Source of the DNA: Octopus vulgaris
Taxonomy: Eukaryota
Direction of reading: 5' to 3'
Assembly: GCA_951406725.2 (NCBI GenBank)
Contig: OX597822.1
Span: 107,570,001-107,634,000 of the forward strand
DNA: 64,000 bases
In this document: positions 27,139-39,810 of the stretch, in pieces
How positions within the stretch are numbered: the first letter of the stretch is position 1
How the letters are laid out: every line of letters begins with the position of its first letter
Position numbers and translations under genes: made by a program
The notes under the pieces: model-generated
Seen by the model: the letters and a program-made list of their open reading frames with translations, nothing else
The model's database searches: none
Told to the model about the DNA's origin: nothing

Positions 27139-28577
27139 ATCACAGTTACATACGTGTTTATATGTCTGTGCATATGTGTGTACACAGATAATTGAAAATG
27201 CACACAAAAAATATGTATGAGGTGGTTGAAAACATCATATTAGATTTGAAGTCATTTTTCAGATTTCAGATTACAGTAGAAATTATCTTATTTATGGTCT
27301 TAGTCCTATTCATTACACTACCTGAAGGCACTATATCATAGAAGTCAGTCCATAAGCCTTACGAAAAATTCAGCTACTAACATGTAACTTTTAAGGACAT
27401 CGTAAAAGGCATTAAAACTAAGAATTTGAATTTGGTTATTTATAATACGAAAAAATGAAGGAACGGCCTCCTGTTTTAACAAAGCTTGAATGCAAGTGTT
27501 TCAAAGAGATGTATATTTATACACACAATCCACTTCTTTCAGGTTGTAGATAATTGGAAACGCACGACTTTTCTTTTTAATGAGTTAGAACACCTAAAGA
27601 CAGGAGTTGATGCATATATACAAAGTTATTTCAGAGATGCACGCTTTAGATTTTCTTAAGTTGCACAGCGAATAAAATGCGGTTCATGACAGAGTTATTT
27701 GCTGAAAACCCATTTTGTAATCCTGAAGCTTGTTCGTCATGCGGAGTTGACCTTGTATAGCCGCGCAATTGACACTGCAACAAAGATGCTGTTGTTCCTG
27801 AAGCAATACTGAATTATAGAGAACGCAATACTAAATCGGAGAAACTATCCTCACGACGCTCTGACTCCGGAAGTATCTTTCATGCTTTTGGGAACAGAGA
27901 ACCCAGTATGGAACGCTACATTGACATGTGAAAACTCTCATTCAAAATAAGACCGCACACCCTCATTCAAGAGCCAAGGGAACCGCATTTTTACAATAGT
28001 AAACAACAATATCATAACATAGACAAAATATACAAAATTTCAGTTTTGTGAACAGCAAAAGGACACTAGGAAACTGTGCATGAATTCTCATTAATAGCCA
28101 TTTTGTTTTCTACACCATCTTGATTAATAATTTTACGTCATTCTTTTGTTTGCTGCTGATATAATATTTTCTTTTATTTAATTTCATTACTCACTTTATA
28201 TTCCTCTAAAGTTTTATTTTATTCTTTGCCTATTTCTTTTCTCTTCTTCAATACATTCTTCCACATATTGTTATTCTAACATGGAGACTTATATTCAGTA
28301 TTTTGCCTCTCACGGCTACGGCCTGCCATAGGATGTCTATAATAGACATGTTAAAAATCAAACAACATCTACGAACAACATACAAGAGAACCTTCTTTTA
28401 ACATCAATATTTATGTTTTCCATGTAACATACCATTTAACCCGTAAAACCACCATCACTTGCCTTTGTATTGAATTTATCAGTCAGTATTTATTCACCGA
28501 TGTTCGATTGCGAAAAGCTCCTGGTTTTGAGTAAAAGAAAATAAAGGAGGATCAGTTATTTATAATTTTATTCAACA

Positions 28578-28979
28578 CTAGCAGTATCACCCGGCGTTGC
28601 TCGGGTTTGTAAGGGAAATAACTATATAAGCATTTTTAGAGATGTAAAGTATAATAGCCATCTCAATATGACTAACCACAAAGGGGTGTGTGTGTTACTG
28701 TAGCATTTTACGTTCTGAGATTTAATAATACATTTTTAGAGAGTTACTTCCCTTATATAAACCGAGCGAAAATGCATTAAAAATACGGAAAAATTATGGT
28801 AATTTTTTTTTTAAATCGTAGACTCATCTTAGAAACGCGCTAATACCCAGAAGGGCTCGATATGAATCACGACTATAAGATACCCGGTTTTGGCTAAACT
28901 GCACCGCAAAATGTGGGAGTAGTTAGGAATCTAAATCGTAGGAGACACACACACACAATTTGACTTTTATATATAAAGA
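28578..28979 (-). mobile_element. Non-autonomous Helitron
   Basis: On minus strand: starts TC, ends with subterminal GC hairpin + CTAG, inserted between A and T. Homologous to 56081-56473. Confidence 0.9.
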
Positions 28980-29449
28980 TATTTCTCTTCCAGATTCACA
29001 CACTTATTGCAGTGGACCTTCAGTTTTTCTGAAGTCTTATAAAAGAACTCTGAAGGCTGTACCCCCAACCAGGACTTTCTCGATACCCGTTAAGCCAGGA
29101 ACTTTTCAGCATCTGCTCGTATCGATACAGTAACTATTCCCTTGATCCTGCGTTCTATTGATTTATTGATTTATACACACATTCATTTTTACAATATTCT
29201 TCTTCTAAATTCAATGATCATTCCAAATCTCCTCGTTCCAATATAGAATACAAGAATGATAGCTCCCATCATCCATTTAATCTACAGTCTTTCCATTTAC
29301 CCGTATGTTCATACATCCTCTCCTATTCAACCGGTCATTTTTTCTTGCTTTGTGTCAATAGCTTACGTTACTGCAGCTATGACTCGCACGAGGAAAGTAA
29401 TTACTTACACCAAAGTCTCTAGTAACAGTAGCATTCTGCCACATATTTC

Positions 29450-29467
29450 TATGATAATGATAATGAT

Positions 29468-29510
<43 letters not shown>

Positions 29511-29595
29511 TTATCCTTATCATCATCATCATCATCATCAATAATAATAATGATGATGATCATGATGATGATGTTGATGATGATGATGATGATAA
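29450..29595. repeat. (ATT)n/(ATC)n/(ATG)n microsatellites
   Basis: Direct reading. Confidence 0.9.
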
Positions 29596-29639
29596 GGGCA
29601 TTAGCAAGTATTACTCTATAGCTTCTATTGTAAGTACGT

Positions 29640-29820
29640 TAGTAACTATTGCAAAAGATTTTAACAGATGGTTAGCGGAAATAGTCAAATACTTAGCTTA
29701 ATGCAGTGTCGAAGAAAACAGTATTATTAGAGACAACTAGTGTACTTAGGAAGGTTCTTGGCGTCTAAAGTTACTTGTTTAAGCCTGATGTGAGGCAAGT
29801 TTTCCTACAGTCTAATCTGT
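29640..29820 (+). mobile_element. 3' end fragment of an R4/Dong-like LINE
   Basis: KKTVLLETTSVLRKVLGV* resembles the QK.VLLGTA.ILRKVL C-terminus. Confidence 0.6.
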
Positions 29821-29824
29821 TCAG

Positions 29825-31105
29825 CCTAAATGAAATAATTCTAAAGCACCATACTCAGTTACAAAACAGGCGAAGGAATATCTAAGTGAATTCCAAATAC
29901 AACAAATTTCGGAATTAGACATACAAGAAACAAGCACATAAAATGCAAATCGTATGAAAACCCGTGCTAAAACTGCTGCCTTAGATATTCTTACTGATAA
30001 ATGGCAAGAAAAACCTCTCAATGGCAAATACCCAAAGAGAGCGAATAATGCAGATGTTGACAAAACGCTGACCCATCAATGGCTAATGGCCTCTGGCTTA
30101 AAATCTGAAACCGAAGGGTTTATCATAGCAGCTCAAGATCAATGCCTACCAACAAGAAACTACCAGGCCAACAACATATTGAAGAACGGCAGTAGCCCAA
30201 CATGTCGTGTATGTCAACAACAAAATGAAACCATTGATCATGTTGTCTCCAAGTGCAGTCTTCTTGCGCCTACAGAGTATCTCAAAAGGCATGATAGAGC
30301 TGCACAATATATTCACTGGGTAATTTGCAGAAGCCTGGACTTATCCCATGATAAAGGCTGGTGGGAACATAAACCACCTCCAGTGCTTGAAAACAGTATT
30401 ATTAGAGACAACTAATTGTAACTGTTTTGTAACTGAGTATGGTGCTTTAGAATTATTTCATTGAGGCTGAACAGATTAGACTGTAGGAAAACTTGCCTCA
30501 CATCAGGCTTAAACAAGTAACTTTAGACGCCAAGAACCTTCCTAAGTACACTAGTTGTTTCTAATAATACTGTTTTCTCACTCCTCTGTAACTTCACCTT
30601 TCAAACTGACAGAAAGATAGATGTGAATAGGTCAGACATCATATTGAAAGACCTCAGACAAAAAGCATGCCTCCTCATTGATATGACTGTCCCAATCGAT
30701 ATAAACGTATCTGTCAAGACCTACCAAAAACTAAGCAAATATAAAGATCTTGAAATAGAAATCAGCAAAATGTGGAACCTGAAGACTAAAACAATACCTG
30801 TTGTCATAGGTGCCCTGGGAATGATAGCAAACGGGGCTGATTGCTACCTAACTCAGATACCAGGAAACCCCAAAATGGCAGAAATTCAAAAGATAGTGCT
30901 CGTGGGAACTGCTCATATCCTACGCAAATACTTTCTATGTAATCTCAAGTTTTAAAACAAAAATAATTTTCGTATGCTTATTTTATACATTCACTAGTAC
31001 AACACTAAGTACAAAATACGTGTACAAGTATATGGCACAAATATATAGTACAAATAGATGGCACCCTAGGCATAACACCAACATGAACTTCCAACTTGTT
31101 GTCAT
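29825..31105 (+). mobile_element. R4/Dong-type non-LTR retrotransposon 3' part (CCHC finger + RLE), interrupted at ~30395-30577
   Basis: ETEGFIIAAQDQ, CRVC..ETIDHVVSKC, RHD, NRSDIIL..LIDMTVP..KLSKYKDL, IPVVIGALG, QKIVLVGTAHILRK; then a 3'UTR. Confidence 0.9.
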
Positions 31106-31114
31106 ACCAATAGT

Positions 31115-31790
31115 TATTAGTTGACTTGGAAGTATTAGATCGACTCAAGTGTGAAAGTAGAACACCTCCAAAAATCAGTATTGCTTGGAACCGCAAGATT
31201 TCTTCGCAGAGTTCTTGAAGTTTGACCAGAAAACTAGGGTCATATTAGTCTGGACAACTGACACTTTCCATCATACTCACAGAATAAGCTGTGAGTTAGT
31301 GCAGAAGGAGTTAAAAAAAATAGACTTTTGAGTGCTCATAAATTCCGAACAAGAACAACTAACGAGAGATAAGCAACCCTAATCCGTATGGGATTACGCA
31401 GTCATTTCCACCATGAAACCAACAAATTAAAAAACCGGGAAGCATCATGGATTGGCTGAACAAGGGTGACCTAAAAAAGAATATTGAAAGCCTGATCATC
31501 GCGGCCCAGGACCAAACATTTAATACCAACTCAGTGAAAAAGAACATATACCACTCCGCAGAATGTGTGAGAAGAAGGTCAAAAGTGTGGCTCACATTGT
31601 TAGTGCTTGTGGAAGTCTTGTGCAGAAAAAGTACAAGCGTAGACACGACTAAGTAACTCAAAACCTCCACTGGCTACTATGCCGTAAGTATGGATACGAG
31701 GGTACGTGTGCTTGGTACCAGCATACACCGGAAAAGGAAATGGACGAAAAGAGGAGGGCAAAAATCCTCTGGGACTTTGATTTCTAGACA
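31115..31790 (+). mobile_element. Two further decayed R4/Dong-type fragments
   Basis: VKVEHLQKSVLLGTAR.. (~31150-31225); WLNKGDLKKNIESLIIAAQDQ..HIVSAC..RRHD..LHWLLCRKYG..KILWDFDF (31447-31790). Confidence 0.8.
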
Positions 31791-32899
31791 AACATCATAC
31801 TAGCGAATCTTAAATGCATGGAAAGAGAATAGGATGAAATGAAAGCAGTTACCCAAAACCAACAGAATCTATAAGCTACATCACCACCAAGGAAATTGTT
31901 ATCTGATGCATATTCTAAATAGTCTGAGAAAAATAAATCACCTCTTTATATCTGTATTATACTTTTGACCCTCTCTAATTTGTATTCACACAATACGGCA
32001 TTACACACTTCCTGCATATTTTCCATAATGAACACAAGGACTCAGAAGACCAGTGTCACGAAACACGGAACAGCATTTATTTTATTCATCATTGAAGACT
32101 AATATACGGTGAAATACATTTCTGGCTACCAATCAGCAAGTTAAATACTCCCTGCATTCCAATTTAGGCACAAGGCCAACAATTACAAGGAGAGTGGTTA
32201 GTTGATGTCAATACCACTTAACCTTCGTATAATGTAACAGCAAATCATGAAAATTTCTTTTTCATACAAGAGAAATGTAAAGAATTGTTCACTAAACATC
32301 TCTCTCTCTCTCTCTCTCTTCTTTTTCCGTCACTTATCTTTCAAACAACCTACACACATTTCACGAAACAATCACACCTCATAATCAAATTATATCTCAA
32401 GTAATAACTCCCTGCCACACACTTAATCTCCGAGATGCAGCTATACATCATCTTTAATGTGTTGTTGACCACTAAGAAATTTTACTTCTAGCGAATCGAT
32501 TAAAAAGTAATGTATAGCAAACGGGGGAGAGTGCAACATTAAAGAACTCCGATTAAGTCATGTACCCCAAACCTTAAAGAACGGCAAATAAAATATGCAC
32601 TCACAGCATTAAGAAACATCAAATCGAATATATACCCGCAACAGGAAAAAAGAGTAAAGGAAAACGTGAAATGAAACGTAAACCGACGATTTAAAGGAAC
32701 ATCAAATAACATCAACCATGAAATTGAACATCATGATAAAGAACTCAACTATTAAAAACGAGCTGCATATCAAATCTGCCCAAACCCATCCAATAAATTT
32801 CCCTTCCATCATTTCGTTACCCTGCTGTGTCTAAAGCGCATAAACTGCTCTAAACACTTCATACCATCCTTGCTCCTCAGAAGTTCAGCCCCGTGAACT

Positions 32900-33520
32900 G
32901 TGACATTGGCCCTCAGAATAAAGTCTTCTCGGTACACTCTCCATGTTTGTTGAACATCACTGTGACAAGTGGAGAATCTTAAGTTCCTCGAGACCATATC
33001 TAAGAGTGGTGGAAGGCAGTATATTGAATTGGATGCTAGAATTGCAACTTCAGACACAGTATAGCACCAGTATTCCTTCGTAAAAGGAGGAGAAGTTGTT
33101 TAAAAAGCCAAACTCTTTTTCGTGCCTACCCTCACTTATCGTCATAAATGTTTGGTAATGACGGAAATGTACGATCGTGAAAACAAGCGTCTGGAATGGG
33201 ATTCCTTCGGAAGATCTCTGGATTGACGTTGTTCGAAGGGTGTGTAGTTCGGATATCCCTGCATTGAGGATCCACAAATGCAGTACTAAGGGTATGTGAT
33301 TGAACTGTCACAAGAAAGAATCGCAGGAGCGATTCTTCAAGCCGAGTCAAACTATAAAGGAACTGGGAATAGAACACGAATGACATATTTGGATAATATC
33401 TATAGTCTCATTTGGCCATGCATGGCAATCCAGTAAGAAATTGTAACGAGGGTTATTTCTTACAGAACACTATGACATATTAGCTGAAGACTACTCCTAC
33501 ACGACACTCTCAGGAATAGA
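32900..33520 (+). mobile_element. Decayed RTE (Expander/Rex3-like) RT C-terminal region
   Basis: VENLKFLE..ELDARIA..KAKLFFVPTLTY..VMTE..MGFLRKISGLTL matches the RTE VEEFKYLG/IDRRIG/VPTLTYG/EMSFLRR pattern. Confidence 0.75.
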
Positions 33521-34180
33521 GGGCGGAGAAGATGAATGAATAGATGGCCCACACGAATTTTAAACTGCTTCTATTTCACAAATATATCATGGCCTAAAAA
33601 AGTATGAATGAAAACATCTTGTAGCTAAATTAGACATACATAAATAAACCCCTACAGACACCATTAAATCCGGATAATCACCTAGCAACTATAAAACGAA
33701 AAATAGTTTCATTGTTCATTATGTAATAACTCTAACCATTCTGCTGAGGCACGAATTGTTGGAAGCGATCGTAGATTTACAGTATTATACATTAATACAC
33801 ACAAACTGGTGCGAATCTGTTATGGATACTACCAGAATTTGCAAGTAGAATGAAGTTTGAGTGAAAAGTGTGGCGATTGGCTTAAGGTAATTCGTCAAGT
33901 AAACCATTGTAAGTAGGGAGGTATTCATCTTGGCTATGCCATGCTACACTTATGCACGCGCACACACATACACGATCACACACAGATACACACAAATAAA
34001 AGCACATATGTATGCATATATAAGAAAATTAAGTTAAAAAAAGAACAATTCAAACCTTTTGAGAGGTCTAAAAAGAGGGAGTGAATCTAAAAAAGATTCA
34101 TGATATTCATAAGAAACGGCCAGAGCAAGTAATAAGCATATGAAAATAGTAGTTGAAAAAATATCGTTATAGGTATAACG

Positions 34181-34335
34181 ATATACCATAAACAATTATA
34201 GAAAAATGGAGGAGAAAAAGATGTTGCATCAAAATTAGATTTAATACAAATTAGGATTCATTACAGTTTTTTATTGTATTAAATCTAATTTTGATGCAGC
34301 ATCTTTTTCTCTTCCATTTTTCTATAATTGTTTAT

Positions 34336-34342
<7 letters not shown>
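34181..34342. repeat. 69-bp-arm fold-back hairpin with 24-nt loop
   Basis: Arms 34181-34249 and 34274-34342; two differences, both G-U compatible on +. Confidence 0.95.
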
Positions 34343-34385
<43 letters not shown>

Positions 34386-34467
34386 GGTCCCGGGTTGAGT
34401 CGGGGTTAACCACAGTAAATAAGGTACTCAATACATAGCAGAGTAAATTAATTTATTTTATAGAAGG

Positions 34468-34518
34468 AGCTTCTACAGGACTAGAACTGTTTCATTCAAA
34501 AGAAATCATCAGGAAGCC
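34468..34518 (-). ncRNA. Type I hammerhead ribozyme
   Basis: Minus strand GGCTTC-CTGATGA-tTTC(TTTT)GAAt-GAAACAG(TTCTAGTC)CT-GTA-GAAGCT. Stem I 5-6 bp, stem III ACAG/CTGT, weak stem II. Confidence 0.75.
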
Positions 34519-34723
34519 AGGTGACAAGAATAGTTTTGGCATTTATACACTTAGGCAGGTTTAAGGGGTGGTGGGGGGACTTTTTGGGGTAGGCATGGCG
34601 CAAACTATCATTCTTAGGGGAGTGGTCAAAAGAATCAGTGATAAAGTAGATAAAAGAATAAATAGAATAATAGAGTTTACATACACATACCCACATACAT
34701 CCATATACACATGTATATATATA

Positions 34724-35388
34724 TTGGGTTGGTGCATAATTATTGCGACTTTTATTCAACAAAAACAATAACAACATTTAAGAAAGACAAATTTAAATGG
34801 CGGTCTGATCGTCTGCCAAGCAAATGGGAAGCAGTAATTGAAGTAGATATTGAATATCAGGCGGCGAGCTGGCAGAAACGTTAGCGCGCAGGGCGAAATG
34901 CTTAGCGGTATTTCGTCTGCCGTTGCGTTCTGAGTTCAAATTCCGCCGAGGTCGACTTTGCCTTTCATCCTTTCGGGGACGATAAATTAAGTACCAGTTA
35001 CGCAGTGGGGTCAATGTAATCGACTTAATCCGTTTGTCTGTCCTTGTTTGTCCCCTCTGTGTTTAGCCCCTTGTGGGTAGCTAAGAATTAGGTATTTCAT
35101 CTGCCGTTGCGTTCTGAGTTCAAATTCCGCCGAGGTCGACTTTGCCTTTCATCCTTTCGGGGACGATAAATTAAGTACCAGTTACGCACTGGGGTCGATA
35201 TAATCGACTTAATCCGTTTGTCTGTCCTTGTTTGTCCCCTCTGTGTTTAGCCCCTTGTGGACTGTAAAGAAATAGATAATAAATATGCTCCGGAATGATA
35301 ATTTAAAGATGTATTTTTTACGTTATTATTGTTTTTAATTGAAAGAAATTTGTTGAAAAAAAGCCGCGATAATTATGCAACAACCCAA
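34724..35388 (+). mobile_element. Internally deleted mariner (MITE-like) containing a SINE dimer
   Basis: TIRs TTGGGTTGGTGCATAATTATTGCG / CGCGATAATTATGCAACAACCCAA with TA flanks. Residual C-terminus RLPSKWEAVIEVD.EY. Confidence 0.85.
34859..35273 (+). mobile_element. SINE family A tandem dimer
   Basis: Body repeats from 35091; degenerate TSD tagata.t.aatat. Confidence 0.92.
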
Positions 35389-35777
35389 TACATAGATACA
35401 AGTATATACCTGTGTGTATCTTTGTGTATGTGTACGCGGACCACCGATCTGTTTAAGGTTGCTTCTATGTTAAATGAGTGTTCGTCAGTGTTACTCAAAG
35501 GTGACAGCTACAGCCCCGCCCCACTACCATCAGCACAGCCACTGTGTCCAATCCGTATAATGTAAGACAAACTTGAGTCATTTAGATGGACATTAGATAG
35601 GTTAGAAATAAAGTCGTATCTCTCTCAAAGGATGCACTAATGGGATAATGTATTCATGGCAGAGGAAAAAAACAAGATGGTCAAAACTGGAACGCCCTTC
35701 ACGATAGGTCTGCTCCATCCGGGCTGAAAGTAAGTACATAATAGCCACATGTATACAACCAACGTAATTACGATTAG

Positions 35778-36137
35778 GGAGCACTCCGTCGGTTACGACG
35801 ATGAGGGTCCCAGCTGATACGATCAACGGAACAGCTTGCTCGTGGAATTAACGTACAAGTGGCTGAGCACTCCACAGACACGTGTACCCTTAACGTAGTT
35901 CTCGAGGAGATTCAGCGTGACACAGAGTGTGACAAGGCTGGCCCTTTGAAATACAGGTACAAAAGAAACAAGAAGAAAGAGTGAGAGAAAGTTGTGGTGA
36001 AAGAGTACAGCAGGGTTCACCACCACCCCCTGCAGGAGCCTTGTGAAGCTTTAGGTGTTTTCGCTCAATAAACACTCACAATGCCCGGTTTGGGAATCGA
36101 AACCGCTGCCCTAACCACTGGGCCATTGCGCCTCCAC
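35778..36137 (-). mobile_element. SINE family C, tail type 1 (deletion in head)
   Basis: TSD aattacgattag at 35766 and 36138. Confidence 0.92.
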
Positions 36138-36149
36138 AATTACGATTAG

Positions 36150-36500
36150 CAACATCATCACAATTACCGACAACAATACTACCACCATTACCAATACTGC
36201 TACTAGGACCACGACCGTCAGCACAACGACCACGATGACGAACACCACCAGCGCTACGATCGCTAACCCGGCTACCACCACTACCACCGCTATCACCACT
36301 GCCACCAACACGACCACGACCACCACTATCACCAGTACCAGCACCAGCACCATCACTACCATCACTACCACCACCACCATCGTCACGACGCCGGCGGCCA
36401 CCAACACCACTCGCCACCTGGCACACGCTACCACCGTCATTACCTCTCATTACTGCAAAGACTACCCCCTCCACAACGAACACCAAATTTACTACCATCA
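36150..36500. repeat. Degenerate (ACC/ACG)n low-complexity tract
   Basis: Direct reading. Confidence 0.75.
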
Positions 36501-36504
36501 TTAT

Positions 36505-36738
36505 ACCTATTTTTTTTTATTACCCACAAGGGGCTAAACACAGAGGGGACAAACAAGGACATACATAGGTATTAAGTCGATTACATCGACCCCAGTGCGT
36601 AACTGGTAGTTAATTTATCGACCCCGAAAGGATGAAAGGCAAAGTCGACCTCGGCGGAATTTGAACTCACAACGCAACGCAGACGAAATACCGCTAAGCA
36701 TTTCGCCCGGCGTGCTAACGTTTATGCCAGCTCGCCGC
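36505..36738 (-). mobile_element. SINE family A monomer
   Basis: Reverse-complement match to other family A copies. Confidence 0.9.
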
Positions 36739-37029
36739 AGCTAAACCACCACCACCACCACTACCACCTCCCCTCAGAACAATATTAACAGTAATACTTG
36801 CAACATACGAGTCAATAAATGAGTCTCTAAATCCTCGTTCGACCTACTAGAGTGGTATCCAAGCCTCATTCAAATTTCACAATGTGACATCTGAAATACA
36901 GAAAGTTGACTTGGACAAAGCAGTCTCTCATTCAAAAACAAAAAAAAAAGAATACCACATGATCAGCTGCGTTTGATTATTGTCGATCTGGTGCTAAGCA
37001 ACAACGATATACACTGTTGCTTAGTGCGC

Positions 37030-37220
37030 TACCATCATCAACACCACAGACATCTACATCATCACTACCATCATCATCATCATCATCATCATCATCGCCA
37101 TCGTCATCCTTATCATCACCATCATCATCGTCATCGTCACCGCCATCATCATCATCATCGTCATCATCATCATCATTGTCATCGTTATCATCACCATCAT
37201 CATCATCGTCATCGTCACCG

Positions 37221-37252
<32 letters not shown>

Positions 37253-37412
37253 GTCATCGTTATCATCACCATCATCATCATCATCATCATCGTCATCCTT
37301 ATCATCACCATCATCATCATCATCGTCATCGTCACCGTCATCATCATCATCATCATCATCATCATCGTCATCGTTATCATCACCATCATCATCATCATCA
37401 TCATCGTCATCG

Positions 37413-37447
<35 letters not shown>

Positions 37448-37652
37448 GTCACCGTCATCATCATCATCATCATCGTCATCGTTATCATCACCATCATCAT
37501 CATCATCATCATCGTCATCCTTATCATCACCATCATCATCATCGTCATCGTCATCATCATCATCATCATCATCATCACCATCATCGTCATCGTTATCATC
37601 ACCATCATCATCATCATCATCACCATCATCATCGTCATTCTTATCATCACCG

Positions 37653-37686
<34 letters not shown>

Positions 37687-37690
37687 CACT
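37030..37690. repeat. (CAT)n tract with recurring variant blocks
   Basis: Direct reading; cgttatcatcac, ccttatcatcac and cgtcaccgt recur. Confidence 0.95.
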
Positions 37691-38634
37691 GATGCCGGTT
37701 TCATTAGTACCATTCCTAACATCTTCGACATCATCACCATCAATCTGAAAATGGCAATCACCACCGCCACCACCACCACCCTCATCACCAGCATCACGCT
37801 ACTATACCTGCATAGCACTGTTCGATGCTTCGTTCATCTAGTTACTTTCACATCAATCATTGCATCGATTCATTTCCTTATCTTTTTAACCGCCAACAAC
37901 GACCATAATCCTCAACCATAGCGTAATTCTTTCGACCCACCTATCACTACTAACACTGCATTTATAAATCTATCTGTCACAGAATCCAATATTTATTCAC
38001 CTTCTCGTTTATCATCTCATCAAAACATCCGCGCTTCCATTTATCTTATCATCGCCACACGCAAGCATTTAACTATATATACTGCGAAAAAGCTAAGGAT
38101 TTTAAAGCAAGTCTCGTCTGAAAGTTTTAAAAGTACATTTAAACGTAATAGCTTTCACTGTCTCAAATCGCACATCTGTAAGGGGTTTTAGTAAAGATAG
38201 AGGAGGCGTTATCAACTGTGCAATCTATCAAATAATACATACCAAGTAGTTCACTATATACAATAATATATCTGAGTCGTCCAAAAGAACAACAATAAAT
38301 AATGAAAGCGATACAGCAGTATAAACATAGCTATGGTGTACTAAATGAGAAAAACAAATGAATGAACCAAAGCAACCGGATATAGCTTTTATAACAAACA
38401 CAAAATACAACAATATTTAATACTAAATCCATCAATGTTAAGCAAGATTTAAGATCTTAAGTAACGGTAATCCCAAAAGTCACTGCGATATTAACACTTC
38501 TTACTTCATACAATAATTCAAAACTTGATATATTACAAGACTGCGTCTATCCATAAGTAACTACATTATGTCAATCACTGTCTGTAGTTAGTTTTTATTT
38601 TTATCTGACATGTATAATGATTGGTTTTTTTTTT

Positions 38635-39035
38635 CTATTTCGGCACAAAGCCAACAACTCCGAGGGGAGAGAGAGTAGTCGATTCCATCGACCAACGTAC
38701 TAGACTTATACTTTATTTTACCGGCTCTAAAAGGATGAAAAGCAAAGCTGCCATGGTAGGATTTGAACTTTATGTGTAAAGAATATAACACATGCTGAAA
38801 TGCAGTTCTCCCGACGCTCTAACGATTCTACCTGACCGCCATCTTCCCTTTCCCTCTTATAATCCTTTTTAATATAGGCACAACGCCTGAAGTATTTTAT
38901 TCGAGATGGCTTGTCAATTATATCAAACTCCATACGTAAAAACGCACTCGGCGGCGTTTGAAATTAAGAAGTAAGGACGGACGAAATGACACATTTTGTC
39001 CGGCTTGCTAACGATTGTACCAGCTTGCTGCGCTC
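38635..39035 (-). mobile_element. Two old family-A-related SINE remnants
   Basis: aaaggatgaaaagcaaag..atttgaact..ctaacgattc (~38635-38845) and a second copy at ~38870-39035. Confidence 0.6.
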
Positions 39036-39372
39036 TCCCCTCGTAAAATGACAATACAAACTCAACGTTTGCGTAATTTGAGTTTGGTAATCAACATGAT
39101 AAAACAATTTATTTTTTAAGGTAACTAATATATCATAGGTTTCTGAAAAAATAACACTGATTCATTACAATGTTGCCATCAAAAAAATGTTGTGTTTGTG
39201 TAATACGGAGGAAAATAATCTCATTCATATACAGACGGATGAAAGATATAAGCTTACATGATTTGAAATACTCTAATGTGTTATTTTTAGCAGATTGAGT
39301 AACCTTTGTTATTTCGATTGTAATTTTGTTAATGATCGAGTTGAGTCCGCGTCTTACTCTGGAAAATAAAGG

Positions 39373-39805
39373 TTAAAGACCCACTCCGGTCACGAATGAC
39401 CGTGGGATTTCACTTCGAAAATTCCCCTCCGAGGCACAAGTCCGGGTAATCTTGTTTGTGGAAGACCAGCAGTCGACCATGCATACCAGCCTCCCCTTTC
39501 CACACAGCATTATATGTACATAGGGTAAAGAGTAAATACCTCTTTCGGTCATGAATGACCTAGGGTTTCCATCTAGAAGGTTACCCTTTGAGACTCGAAT
39601 CCGGGGAAGGTTGTTTATGGAAGACCAACAGCCGCCCATTCTTAATAGCCTCCCCTCTCCACAGCACTTATGTTATCCAAGGGAAAACTAAAGGCCGATA
39701 CAATTTAGCATCAGTGACGTCGCAACTCATTTCTACAGCAGCGTTAACTGGAGTGACGTGAAATAAAGTATCTTGCTCCTGGCCTGGGAATCTAACTCAC
39801 AACTG
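39373..39805 (-). mobile_element. SINE family D with duplicated ~160-bp tail
   Basis: Tail unit cggtca.gaatgacc..ggaagacca..cctcccct.tccac occurs twice. Confidence 0.75.
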
Positions 39806-39810
39806 CATTT

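Noticed and set aside
36076-37818. Gly-, Thr-, His-, Ser- and Met-rich ORFs
   Set aside because: Trinucleotide repeats open in several frames; no coding context
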